Origin: Candidatus Multivoradales bacterium
GTDB lineage: Bacteria > Acidobacteriota > Thermoanaerobaculia > Multivoradales > JAHEKO01
DNA length: 64,000 nucleotides
Assembly: GCA_965223155.1 (NCBI GenBank)
Contig: CBDCVR010000014.1
Span: 1,024,001 to 1,088,000 of the forward strand
Direction: 5' to 3'
A model generated the notes under the pieces. The model worked only from the letters and a program-made list of their open reading frames with translations. It made no database searches and was not told the origin of the DNA. The translations under genes and the position numbers were made by a program. Of this stretch, positions 29,312 through 38,056 are shown piece after piece. The stretch's first letter is position 1. Each line of letters starts with the position of its first letter.

Positions 29312-31522
29312 CTAGTACTCGAGGACCTCGCGCACCGCGTTGACCACGTCGGCGGACGACGGCAGCAGGCTTTTCTCGAGATCCCGCTGGTACGGGACGG
29401 GCCGGTCGGGGTAGGCGATCCGGCGCACCGGCGCGTCGAGCCAGTCGAACGTGCGCTCGGCGATGAGTGCCGCGATCTCGGCGCCGAAGCCGCCGGTCTT
29501 CTGGGCCTCGTGCACGATGACGGCGCGGGACGTCTTCTGCACCGAGGCCTCGATCGCCGCCCAGTCGAGCGGTACCAGGGTGCGCAGGTCGAGGACCTCC
29601 GCTTCGCACACACCCTCGGCGGAAAGGGCGTCGGCGGCTTCCCGGCAGGTCCAGGTGCCCGCCCCGTACCCGATCAGGGTGACGTCGCCGCCTTGACGCC
29701 GGATCGCCGCACGTCCCAGCGGCTCGGCCTCGACGGCCTCGGGCAGGACGTCCTTGACGCGCCGGTAGAGGAACTTGTGCTCGCAGAAGATCACCGGGTT
29801 GGGATCCCGAATGGACTCGGCCAGGAGCGCTCGGGCATCGGCCGCGGTCGCTGGGCACACGACCTTGAGCCCGGCGACGTGCGCGAACCAGCCCTCCGGG
29901 TTCTGCGAGTGAAAGGGCCCCGCCCCCACTCCCCCCCCGGATGGCAGCCGCACCACCAGCGGACAGGGCACCTGCCAGCGGTAGAAGAGCTTGGCCGCCA
30001 CGTTGACGATCTGATTGAACCCGCACGAGACGAAATCGGCGAATTGCATCTCGACCACCGGCCGGTACCCCAGGAGCGCCGCGCCGACCGCGATGCCCAG
30101 GGTGCCGCTCTCGGCGATCGGGGTATCCAGAACCCGCCGAGGCCAGCGCTGGTGGAGTCCCCGGGTGACCCGGAAGGCGCCTTCGAAGACTCCGATGTCT
30201 TGGCCCATGAGAAGAACCGACTCGTCGGCCGCCATCGCCTCCTCGAGCGCCCGGTGGATGGCATCGACGTAGGTCGTCTCGCCACCGCTCCGAGCCGGCC
30301 GGGCCGCAATCGAGGCCTCGTCGCCGTCCTCCGCTCCGGCGGCCGCCATCGACTCGGACTCCGCCTCCAAGCTTCCGTCAGAATCGGGCTCGGGCTCGGA
30401 TTCCTGGGACGCCGGCTCCGGATCGAGCTCCGATGCCGCCTCCGGCCCGGTTTCGGCCGCAGGCTCGGTTTCGGTTTCGGCTCCCGATAGCGCAAATACC
30501 GCCCGGCGAGCAACGTCCACGCCCGGCGCCGGAGCCGCCTGACCGGCCTCGAGCGCGGCCTCGATCAGCCGGCTCACCCGCCGGCCGATCGCCAACTCGG
30601 TCTCGGGGTCCAGGACCCCGACCTCGAGCAGCTTCTGAGCGTAGGCGCCGAGCGGGTCCTCGGCTCGATAGCGAGCCAGCTCGCGCTCGGGAACGACCTT
30701 CAAAGAGTCGTCGCCCTGGCTGTGGCCGCGCATGCGTCCCAGCATGGCCTCGATCAGGGTCGGTCCGTCGCCGGCCCGCGCCCGGGTCACCGCCCGGGCA
30801 ACCGCCTTCATGACCTTGTCGGGATCGTTGCCATCGACGGTCTCGGCGGCGATTCCGTAACCCCGGCCCCGGTCGCTCAAGCGCTCGGCGGCGTACTGCG
30901 CCCGGGTCGGTGTCGAGAACGCGTAGCGGTTGTTCTCGACCACCAGCACCAGGGGCAGACGCCAGACCGCCGCCATGTTGAGCCCCTCGTGAAAGTCTCC
31001 GGTGGAGGTACCACCGTCGCCGATGAAGTTGATCGCCACGCGGTCACTGCCGTTCTGCTTGAGCGCAAAGGCACAGCCCGCGGCCACGGGAATCATGGAT
31101 CCAAGGTGGCTGATCATGCCAACGTGCCGGATCCCGGCCTCGGGCGCCAGGTAGCCGTAGTGAAACGAGCGCTCGACGCCCTGGGAGAAGCCGGTGGCTT
31201 TGCCCAGAAGCTGGCCCGCGAGCCGTTCCAGAAGCTCGACGGGGTCCGGGCGTCGTCCGTCGGGCTCGCCAAAACCCAGTCCCGGGAAGGTCCGAGCCGG
31301 ATCCAGATACACGGCCAGGATGGCGCCCAGGTCCCGATGCAACGTCGCCAGCACGTCGCCCGGCTGAATCGCCAAGCCGGCCGCCACGGTGGTCGCCTCG
31401 TTGCCGACGGCGCTGTACCACTTGCTCACTCGCCCGGTCAGGAGCATCGACTCGAAGCGCTCGTCCAGCTCGCGCGACAGACGCATGTAGGCGTAGCGAA
31501 GCAGCGAGGGGTTGCGGATCAT
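29312..31522 (-). CDS. 2-oxoacid dehydrogenase E1, fused alpha+beta subunits
   Basis: TPP motif GDGGTSTGDFHEGLN..ENN, RMRGHS; beta part DTPIAESG, EMQFADF, GPFHSQ, DLRTLVPLD. Confidence 0.92.
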   Translation of the reverse strand: MIRNPSLLRYAYMRLSRELDERFESMLLTGRVSKWYSAVGNEATTVAAGLAIQPGDVLATLHRDLGAILAVYLDPARTFPGLGFGEPDGRRPDPVELLERLAGQLLGKATGFSQGVERSFHYGYLAPEAGIRHVGMISHLGSMIPVAAGCAFALKQNGSDRVAINFIGDGGTSTGDFHEGLNMAAVWRLPLVLVVENNRYAFSTPTRAQYAAERLSDRGRGYGIAAETVDGNDPDKVMKAVARAVTRARAGDGPTLIEAMLGRMRGHSQGDDSLKVVPERELARYRAEDPLGAYAQKLLEVGVLDPETELAIGRRVSRLIEAALEAGQAAPAPGVDVARRAVFALSGAETETEPAAETGPEAASELDPEPASQESEPEPDSDGSLEAESESMAAAGAEDGDEASIAARPARSGGETTYVDAIHRALEEAMAADESVLLMGQDIGVFEGAFRVTRGLHQRWPRRVLDTPIAESGTLGIAVGAALLGYRPVVEMQFADFVSCGFNQIVNVAAKLFYRWQVPCPLVVRLPSGGGVGAGPFHSQNPEGWFAHVAGLKVVCPATAADARALLAESIRDPNPVIFCEHKFLYRRVKDVLPEAVEAEPLGRAAIRRQGGDVTLIGYGAGTWTCREAADALSAEGVCEAEVLDLRTLVPLDWAAIEASVQKTSRAVIVHEAQKTGGFGAEIAALIAERTFDWLDAPVRRIAYPDRPVPYQRDLEKSLLPSSADVVNAVREVLEY

Positions 31523-31645
31523 CCTGAGGCTCGGGCGGTCGAAACGGGGTCGAAACTCCGCCGGGAATGCTAGCAGCCTAGCGGCGCGCCGACCTGGGCC
31601 CAAGCCATGGGTCCGGGCCGCGCCACCGCCCCATCTAGGGGCTTG

Positions 31646-32332
31646 CTAGATAGGCACGCCGTAGAGCGAGTCCGCCCAGGTCTCGACAGTGCCCCGCTGA
31701 TCCTTGCGGGCGAACGGAACGCCCAGAAGGCGAGCTTCGCCGAAGTGCATCGAGTACTGGAGATCGCGCAGGAGATCGGGCTTGTCCACCTCGGAGGCGA
31801 TAAGAGCAAAGTGCGCCAGCTTCTTGGCGTCCTCGACGCCGAAACAGCCCTCGGTCAGACGCTCGCCCAGCTTCTCGTCGAGCTTGGGATAGGCGTCCGT
31901 GTAGCGCCGGGTGAGCTCGACGGTCGAATCCAGAGGCGCCCGAAAGGCCGGCACAACGAACTCACCGTCGCCCCGCAGGTCGCGGCTCGGGGGATCCCCG
32001 AAAAAGCCCTTCATGAGTCCCGGAATCGCCCGATGCCAGTCTCCGTCCAGAAGCGCGTTGATCGAAACGGAACGGCCCGGTCGTCCGCGCTCGCGGCCAT
32101 GGATCTCGACCCGAGCGGACAGCACCCAGAAAGGCAGGTAGCGTTCCGCGGCAACGTGCGAGGCGGCGACGAAGGCCACCTCCACCGGTTCGAGATGCGG
32201 CGTCTGGCCGCGGTAGCGGTAGCCGTTCCGGCAGGAGATGCAGTAGAAGACCACGTCCTCACTCGAGGCCGCCACCGACGAACCGCACGACGGGCAGTCC
32301 AGGGCGACCAAGTGGAAGGATTCGGTGCTCAC
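31646..32332 (-). CDS. Zn-ribbon protein, soluble YdjG-like paralog
   Basis: GTG start overlapping upstream TGA; CPSCG..YCISC; YLPFWVL; no TM segment. Confidence 0.72.
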   Translation of the reverse strand: MSTESFHLVALDCPSCGSSVAASSEDVVFYCISCRNGYRYRGQTPHLEPVEVAFVAASHVAAERYLPFWVLSARVEIHGRERGRPGRSVSINALLDGDWHRAIPGLMKGFFGDPPSRDLRGDGEFVVPAFRAPLDSTVELTRRYTDAYPKLDEKLGERLTEGCFGVEDAKKLAHFALIASEVDKPDLLRDLQYSMHFGEARLLGVPFARKDQRGTVETWADSLYGVPI

Positions 32333-33477
32333 CGGCGCAGTCCTCGGAGCGCGTGCCCCGCCATGTTGGACAGGATCGTTCCGGACGGCTCCGGCGCCGC
32401 GGAGGCCACACCCGTTCCCTCGATCACCACGCCGCCGTGCCGGAAATGGCGCCAGCCCCAGGCAAGCACCGACAGGGCGATGCCGCCCACGATGACAATT
32501 CCGACGCAACTGCCCCCCGCGAACTGAATCGCGGTCGTCGCCAGGAACATGGCGAAGGCCTCGGCGCCGACCAGCATGGCGGCCCGGAAAAAATCGTTGC
32601 CGGGCGCCTTGCCGTAGGCGAGGCTCCCGTCCTCCGCGTCCACCAGCACCTGGTAGGCGCGATCCTGATAGTGGTAGCGCACCACCCACAGCGGGTAGTA
32701 GATGACCGTCAGACGCTCGCGCAGGGTCTGGAGAAACTTGAAGCGCGTGCGGCGTAGTCCGGCGGCCGGATCGGTGGCGCCGCGAAACTGGTTCAAGGCC
32801 TTGTTCAAGACGTGACCCTCGTTGCCGGTGGGAGCGAAGACCATGCCTTGGCGCCGCAGAGCCTCGGGATCGAAGGGGACGAGCGGATCTCCCACCAGGT
32901 TTACACGACCGATTCCCCACTCCTCGACGTTGACCGCGGGGTACGTTCGATCGTGACTCTTGGTCACCTTGCGCTCGACGTCAGCCTCGTAGGTCTCGAC
33001 CCTGCGGTTCTTGCCCGAGCCCACGGTGCGCTGGCGCAGCTCGGTGCCCAGGGCGACGCCCACACAGTCCGCCTCCACCCGGTAGAAGGGAAGAAAGCAA
33101 AGCAAGGTCTCGGCCATGCGAGCCTTGGCGCCCAGCTTGGGGTCTTTCCGCATGCCGGACCGAAACCAGTTCTTCGCAAGCTTGCGCGCCTCGCCGGCCC
33201 CGATCCTCGGCTCCACCGCCAGGCGCCGCAGCCCCACTTCCGCAGTGACCAAGAGGGGCGTCTGACAGTACTTGCAGGAGACCACCCGCAGTCCGGTCTC
33301 GACCGCCAGCGATCCACCACAGTTGGGGCAGGTAAGTCCCTCGACCCGGTGGGAAAGACGGTCGTCAACCGGTTCCGGCTCGGCCGGCGGATCGGACATG
33401 ACCTCGGCATCCGGATCGGGCACACTGACCTCCTTCCCGGCTCCCTCCTCCGGCCGATCCAGGACTTCGGGGCTCAT
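32329..33477 (-). CDS. Zn-ribbon membrane protein, YdjG-like
   Basis: CPNCGG..CKYCQT; FLPFYRV; YYPLWVVRYHY..AYQVLVDAEDGSLAYG; two C-terminal TMs. Confidence 0.78.
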   Translation of the reverse strand: MSPEVLDRPEEGAGKEVSVPDPDAEVMSDPPAEPEPVDDRLSHRVEGLTCPNCGGSLAVETGLRVVSCKYCQTPLLVTAEVGLRRLAVEPRIGAGEARKLAKNWFRSGMRKDPKLGAKARMAETLLCFLPFYRVEADCVGVALGTELRQRTVGSGKNRRVETYEADVERKVTKSHDRTYPAVNVEEWGIGRVNLVGDPLVPFDPEALRRQGMVFAPTGNEGHVLNKALNQFRGATDPAAGLRRTRFKFLQTLRERLTVIYYPLWVVRYHYQDRAYQVLVDAEDGSLAYGKAPGNDFFRAAMLVGAEAFAMFLATTAIQFAGGSCVGIVIVGGIALSVLAWGWRHFRHGGVVIEGTGVASAAPEPSGTILSNMAGHALRGLRR

Positions 33478-34304
33478 ACCTTCCTCGTCACCAGCCAGGC
33501 CAGGAGCAGCAACGGAACACTGGTCAGAGAGTATGCGACCAGCTTGAAGAGAGGATTCTGGATGAAGAGCCCTTCCAGGCCGAAGAGCACCAGTCCCAGA
33601 ACAGCGACCAGTACGTAGGGGCTCTCGGCCTTCTCGGGATAGACCGAGGCCAGGACTTTGCCGGTCGATCCCTCGACCACCGCCGCGTACCCCTGGTTCC
33701 GATATCGATAGCGCGCCCGCCACAACGGAACCTCGACCAGCGCGGTCTCCTGGACATCGGCGAAGCCCCGCTGAGCGACCCACTCGCGGGCGGTCTCGAG
33801 AGGTATCGACGCCTCCAGGCGCTCCCCGGCGGCAGGATCCGCACCGGCCGCGCCGGCCGCACGGACCCCATTGGCGGTCTCGGCTGGCTCGCCAGCCTCG
33901 GGCGACCAAGGCACCAGCTCTCCGGCCGGTACGGTGAGGTCGGCCAGCGCCGGAATCGGCGTCGGTGCCGCCGGTTCCACCGCCACCGCCTCGTGCCCGC
34001 CCGAGGCCGACCGGCGCGAGCGAAAGAGCCACATCGGAAAGGCGATCGCCTCGAGACCCTCCAAGGTGCTCTTGCGATCCAGATCCTTCACCGTGTCGTT
34101 GCCCGCCATCCAGCGACGCAGCGCCGCCCGGGCCGCGTCCCCATCCAGGAGCCGCGGCAGCCGGTAGTGGTTGACGATTCGGGATCGATCGAAGAAGAGG
34201 GCGGTGCCACAGAAGGAGCACGAGAAAACCTGCTCCCCGGAGCGAAGCGTGCTCTCACCCCCGCATTGCGGGCAGTGAACCGTGTTGGCGCGCGCGGAGC
34301 TCAC
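33474..34304 (-). CDS. Zn-ribbon membrane protein, YdjG-like
   Basis: CPQCGG..CSFCGT; FPMWLF; VPLWRARYRY..YAAVVEGSTGKV; two C-terminal TMs. Confidence 0.78.
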   Translation of the reverse strand: MSSARANTVHCPQCGGESTLRSGEQVFSCSFCGTALFFDRSRIVNHYRLPRLLDGDAARAALRRWMAGNDTVKDLDRKSTLEGLEAIAFPMWLFRSRRSASGGHEAVAVEPAAPTPIPALADLTVPAGELVPWSPEAGEPAETANGVRAAGAAGADPAAGERLEASIPLETAREWVAQRGFADVQETALVEVPLWRARYRYRNQGYAAVVEGSTGKVLASVYPEKAESPYVLVAVLGLVLFGLEGLFIQNPLFKLVAYSLTSVPLLLLAWLVTRKV

Positions 34305-34331
34305 GGCCTCACGACCCGGCGGTCAGCAAGA

Positions 34332-35393
34332 CTAGTCCGTGAGCTTGGTGCCGCAGGATGGGCAGAAGCGCGCTCCCTCCGGCAGCTTGCCGCCGCACTG
34401 GTGGCAGAAGCTTGCTTCCGACGTCGCGCCCGTCGCCTCACCGGTCGCAGCGCCGCCGGCAGTCGCGGCAGCCGCGGTGGCCGCCTCCGCACCGGCGGGA
34501 GTGCCGGCGCCGCTCGCCGGAGCGCCACCCTCGGACGTGGATGGGGCGGCCATGGCCTCCTTCATCATCTGCGGCAGCATCATGCCCATTCCCGCTCCCA
34601 TGCCGACGCCGAGGCCGGCGCCGACGCCGTCCCCAGTGCCACCGCCGCTCTGCTGCGCGGCATCGCCCATCGCCTTGGCGGCCTTGAACTTCAAGTAGGA
34701 GTTCATGTCCCCCACCGCCGCCATGCCGGTGCGCTCGTCGATCATCTTCTGGACCTCTTCTGGCGGCGTGATCGCCCCCAGGTAGAGATCCACCAGCTCG
34801 ATCCCGTACTTGACGAAGTCATCGGCGACCCGGGCCTTGAGCCCCATCCCCAGCTCGTCGTAGACCTTGGGCAGATCGAAGATGGAGTCCAGGTTCTCGC
34901 CCAGAAGATCGGTCAGGCGGGCGACGATCACGTCCTTGAAATAGCCCTCGACGCCGTCGGTCGTGTAGAGACCCTGGGTGCCGACTACCTCGTTGACGAA
35001 TTGCTGGGCGTTGGTAATCCGCACCGCGAACTTGCCAAAGGCGCGCAGCCGGATCATCGCCAGTTCCTTGTCGCGGTAGGCCACCGGCTCCTTGGTACCC
35101 CACTTGAGATCCAAGAAGGTCTTGGTGGAAACGAACACCACCGCCGCCTGAAACGGCGACTTGCCTTCGAACGGCAAGCCCAGCAGCCTGACCAGCAGCG
35201 GAATGTTCTGGGTTGCCAGGGTGTGGCGACCCGGGAGGAAGGTGTCGAGCGCCTTGCCGTCCCGGAAGAAGACCGCCTGCTGGCTTTCCTCGACCACCAG
35301 CTGGCTACCCAACTCGATCGCCTCGGTTCCGCTCTTCGGAACCCGGGCGACCATGGTCTGGCCGGTGGCATCAACGTACTGAATGACTTTCAT
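34332..35393 (-). CDS. SPFH (band 7, YdjI-like) protein with C-terminal Zn ribbon
   Basis: GSQLVVEESQQAVFFRDGKALD.F.PGRHTL.T.NIP, KWGT..P, LRAFG.F, Gly/Met-rich linker, FCHQCG..FCPSCGTKL; RBS AAGGAG. Confidence 0.9.
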   Translation of the reverse strand: MKVIQYVDATGQTMVARVPKSGTEAIELGSQLVVEESQQAVFFRDGKALDTFLPGRHTLATQNIPLLVRLLGLPFEGKSPFQAAVVFVSTKTFLDLKWGTKEPVAYRDKELAMIRLRAFGKFAVRITNAQQFVNEVVGTQGLYTTDGVEGYFKDVIVARLTDLLGENLDSIFDLPKVYDELGMGLKARVADDFVKYGIELVDLYLGAITPPEEVQKMIDERTGMAAVGDMNSYLKFKAAKAMGDAAQQSGGGTGDGVGAGLGVGMGAGMGMMLPQMMKEAMAAPSTSEGGAPASGAGTPAGAEAATAAAATAGGAATGEATGATSEASFCHQCGGKLPEGARFCPSCGTKLTD

Positions 35394-35420
35394 GGCGAGC
35401 TCTCCTTGGCGTACGAAAGG

Positions 35421-35945
35421 TTACGAGGCGGTGCCGACCACGTTGCCGATCACCGCTTTGCGATCGGACCAGCGCCGCGCCATGGCGTCGACCTCGTCCA
35501 CGATGGGATCGACCGCTGCCTTGGCGTCGCCGTCTCCCGGGGCCGGGATGGCCCCGATCCGGTCTCCGAGCGATCGAACGCCCTCGAGGAAGCCGAGGTC
35601 GAACTCGTACAGTTGGGCGAGCTCGGCCTCGCCGATCTTGACGACGTCGAAGAAACCCGAGACCCCGTACTCGGCGAAACGGACCGCTTGGGACAGGCCG
35701 TCGAGCTTGCGGTCCAGGCGCTCGAAGAGGTGGAGCACGCCGATCTGCCCGGCGTCGGTGTAGTCCCGAGCGGCAGCCCGGACCGACCCCTTGAGAGCCG
35801 TCAGGTCGCGCGAGAGCTGCTCGCGCTGCATCCGGTCCACCTCTCGCCGCAGCTCGCGGTCCTGAAACCCCTTGAATCCGGGGATATAGGCTCCTAGCTT
35901 CTCCAGCCAGTTGCGCTGTTCTTGTGCCGATTCGAATCCGTCCAT
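35421..35945 (-). CDS. Uncharacterised alpha-helical protein (174 aa)
   Basis: ATG 35945 preceded by AGGAGG; IPGFKGF..RE.RRE.D, YGVSGFFDVVKI.E.EL..LYEFD. Confidence 0.8.
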   Translation of the reverse strand: MDGFESAQEQRNWLEKLGAYIPGFKGFQDRELRREVDRMQREQLSRDLTALKGSVRAAARDYTDAGQIGVLHLFERLDRKLDGLSQAVRFAEYGVSGFFDVVKIGEAELAQLYEFDLGFLEGVRSLGDRIGAIPAPGDGDAKAAVDPIVDEVDAMARRWSDRKAVIGNVVGTAS

Positions 35946-35947
35946 TG

Positions 35948-35990
35948 CGACCTCCTGGGGCGACCTCCTGGGTGACCTCCTCGGGCGACT
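35948..35990 (-). repeat. Three tandem 12-13 nt repeats, each containing AGGAGG
   Basis: Minus strand reads CCCGAGGAGGTCA CCCAGGAGGTCG CCCCAGGAGGTCG CA ATG. Confidence 0.85.
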
Positions 35991-36093
35991 CGCGCGCCGA
36001 GGCCGGGCCTCGGATCGTACCAGAGGACCTCGGCGTGCCAGCCGCCCGAACTTCGGCGGCGAAGCGCCGTAGGATGGAGCAAGGAGGTTGCCC

Positions 36094-37434
36094 ATGCCCG
36101 TCGTCTCCAGCATCCGCTTCACACGGCTTCGAACCGGAGTCCTGCTTGCCACTACCGCCGCGGTTCTCGCCGCATCGAGCTCTGCTTGGTCGAACCAGGC
36201 CACCGAAACCACGTCTTCAGAGGCCAGCGCCGAGACAGCTTCTTCCGACCGGCCCGACTGGCCGCAGTGGGGCGGTCCGACGCGGGACTTCCAGGTGCCC
36301 GCGGCCGAGCTCGCCATGGACTGGCCGGAGACCGGACCGCGCGAGCTCTGGCGGCGCCCGCTGGGCGACGGCAACTCCGCGATCGCGGCCGTGGGCGATC
36401 GCCTCTACACAATGGCCCGCGACGGCGACCGCGAGCTCGTCGTCGCCCTGGACCGCGCCTCAGGCCGGACTCTGTGGACCGCCGGCTGGAGCACTCCGTT
36501 GTGGACGAGCTTCTATACGGAGTACGGCCCCGGACCGCATACGACGCCCCTCATCGACGCCGGGCGGCTCTACGCCGCCGGCATCGCCGGTCGTCTGGTC
36601 TGCCTCGACGCCGCGACCGGCGCCGAGATCTGGCGCAAGGAGCTCTGGGAGGAGTTCGACGTCACCAGCCGGGAGTTCGGCCCGGCCCAGCTCGGCTATT
36701 CGGCCAGTCCCCTACTCCACGACGGGCGGCTGATCGTGGTCGGAGGAACTCCCGAGCGCGGGGTGCTGGCCCTCGACCCCGAGACCGGGGCCGAGCTCTG
36801 GGCCGCGGGCGGCATCGAGCCCGCCTTCGCCTCCCCGATCGCGATCGCCACCAGCGGGGGCCACCAGATCGTGGTCTTCGCGGCCGGCGAGGTGGTGGGC
36901 CTCGAACCAGAGTCTGGAGACATCCTGTGGCGCACGGAGCACGAGACCCCCTACTTCGTCAACGCTTCGACCCCGATCTGGGACGGCGAGAGCAGGCTCA
37001 TCGTCTCCTCGGCCTACGACACCGGTGCCCGCGCCTTCGAGCTCGCGGGCGAAGCCGGTGCCCGTGAGCTCTGGGCCAATGGAAAGCTTCAGATCCATCA
37101 TCAAGCCGCGGTCCTGGTCAATGGCCTCCTCTACGGCTCGAGCGGCGACTTCGGCCCGGCCTTCCTCACCGGCACGGACCCGGCCACAGGCGAGATCCTG
37201 TTCCGGATGCGGGACTTTGCCAAAGCCAATCTGCTCGCGGCCGGCGAGCGCCTAATCATTCTGGACGAGGACGGCACGCTGGCCCTGGCGACGCCGACGC
37301 CGGAAGGCCTCACGATCGACGCCAAGGCCGAGGTGTTCTCGTCCCGGAGCTGGACCGTGCCGACGCTGACCGGCTCGATTCTCTACGCCCGCGACCGCAA
37401 GGAAATCGCGGCCTTCGATCTGGGACAGCCCTAG
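36094..37434 (+). CDS. Exported PQQ-like (BamB-type) beta-propeller protein
   Basis: Signal peptide, DWPQWGGPTRD, repeated ALD..TG...W units, YSASP; RBS AGGAGG at 36082. Confidence 0.85.
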   Translation: MPVVSSIRFTRLRTGVLLATTAAVLAASSSAWSNQATETTSSEASAETASSDRPDWPQWGGPTRDFQVPAAELAMDWPETGPRELWRRPLGDGNSAIAAVGDRLYTMARDGDRELVVALDRASGRTLWTAGWSTPLWTSFYTEYGPGPHTTPLIDAGRLYAAGIAGRLVCLDAATGAEIWRKELWEEFDVTSREFGPAQLGYSASPLLHDGRLIVVGGTPERGVLALDPETGAELWAAGGIEPAFASPIAIATSGGHQIVVFAAGEVVGLEPESGDILWRTEHETPYFVNASTPIWDGESRLIVSSAYDTGARAFELAGEAGARELWANGKLQIHHQAAVLVNGLLYGSSGDFGPAFLTGTDPATGEILFRMRDFAKANLLAAGERLIILDEDGTLALATPTPEGLTIDAKAEVFSSRSWTVPTLTGSILYARDRKEIAAFDLGQP

Positions 37435-38006
37435 CGGCTACGAGGGCGCCGGACCGTGCGCGCGGCCAGGAGCGCGGCGATCGCGATGCTCGCGCCGATG
37501 CCGTTCCAGGCCACGTCCTTGAGATCGTAGACCCGGTTGGGCAAGAAGTGCTGGATGCCCTCGTCGCCCCAGCCGGCGAGGACGCCCAGACCCAGCGCCT
37601 GAAGCGCCGCGGTCACATCGCCGCTCCGGGTTGACGCTCCCGAGCGACGCTCCCCGCGCAGACGGAAGGCGCCGAAGAGCAGGCCGCCCAGAATGCCGTA
37701 CTGCAAGAAGTGGAGCTTCTCCTCCGCCCGTCCGGTCAGGCCCAAGGCGGCCCCCAATCCCGCGGCGAAGACCAGCCAGACCGCGAGCTCGAGCGGGCGG
37801 GGCCGGCGCCGGACGAGCCACACCAGGCCCACGACCGCGGCGGCCGCGAAGACCCAGCCGACGAAGGATCCCAGGAGACCCCGCGCGCGCAGGAACTCGA
37901 CCGGCGCCCGCACGAAGTAGAGGGTCGAATAGGTCACGAGGATCCATGCGGCGGCGGTCAGCCACAGCCGCCGTTCCCGCGGTTCGATCGTCTCTCGCGC
38001 CGCCAT
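37431..38006 (-). CDS. VanZ-family membrane protein
   Basis: Multi-TM; EKLHFLQYGILG, DEGIQHFLPNRVYDLKDV..N. Confidence 0.8.
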   Translation of the reverse strand: MAARETIEPRERRLWLTAAAWILVTYSTLYFVRAPVEFLRARGLLGSFVGWVFAAAAVVGLVWLVRRRPRPLELAVWLVFAAGLGAALGLTGRAEEKLHFLQYGILGGLLFGAFRLRGERRSGASTRSGDVTAALQALGLGVLAGWGDEGIQHFLPNRVYDLKDVAWNGIGASIAIAALLAARTVRRPRSR

Positions 38007-38018
38007 CGGACGCCTTTC

Positions 38019-38044
38019 GGAGGCGGCGCCGGCGCGCCGCCTCC
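38019..38044 (-). terminator. GC-rich hairpin just after the ftsZ stop (no U-tract)
   Basis: GGAGGCGGCGC-CGGC-GCGCCGCCTCC, perfect 11-bp stem. Confidence 0.45.
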
Positions 38045-38056
38045 TCACATCCTTCC

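Noticed and set aside
35948-35990. Repeats considered as a CRISPR mini-array
   Set aside because: Units are 12-13 nt, have no spacers, and no cas genes are present
37431-38006. VanZ as evidence of glycopeptide resistance
   Set aside because: VanZ-like proteins are widespread and no van cluster genes are present
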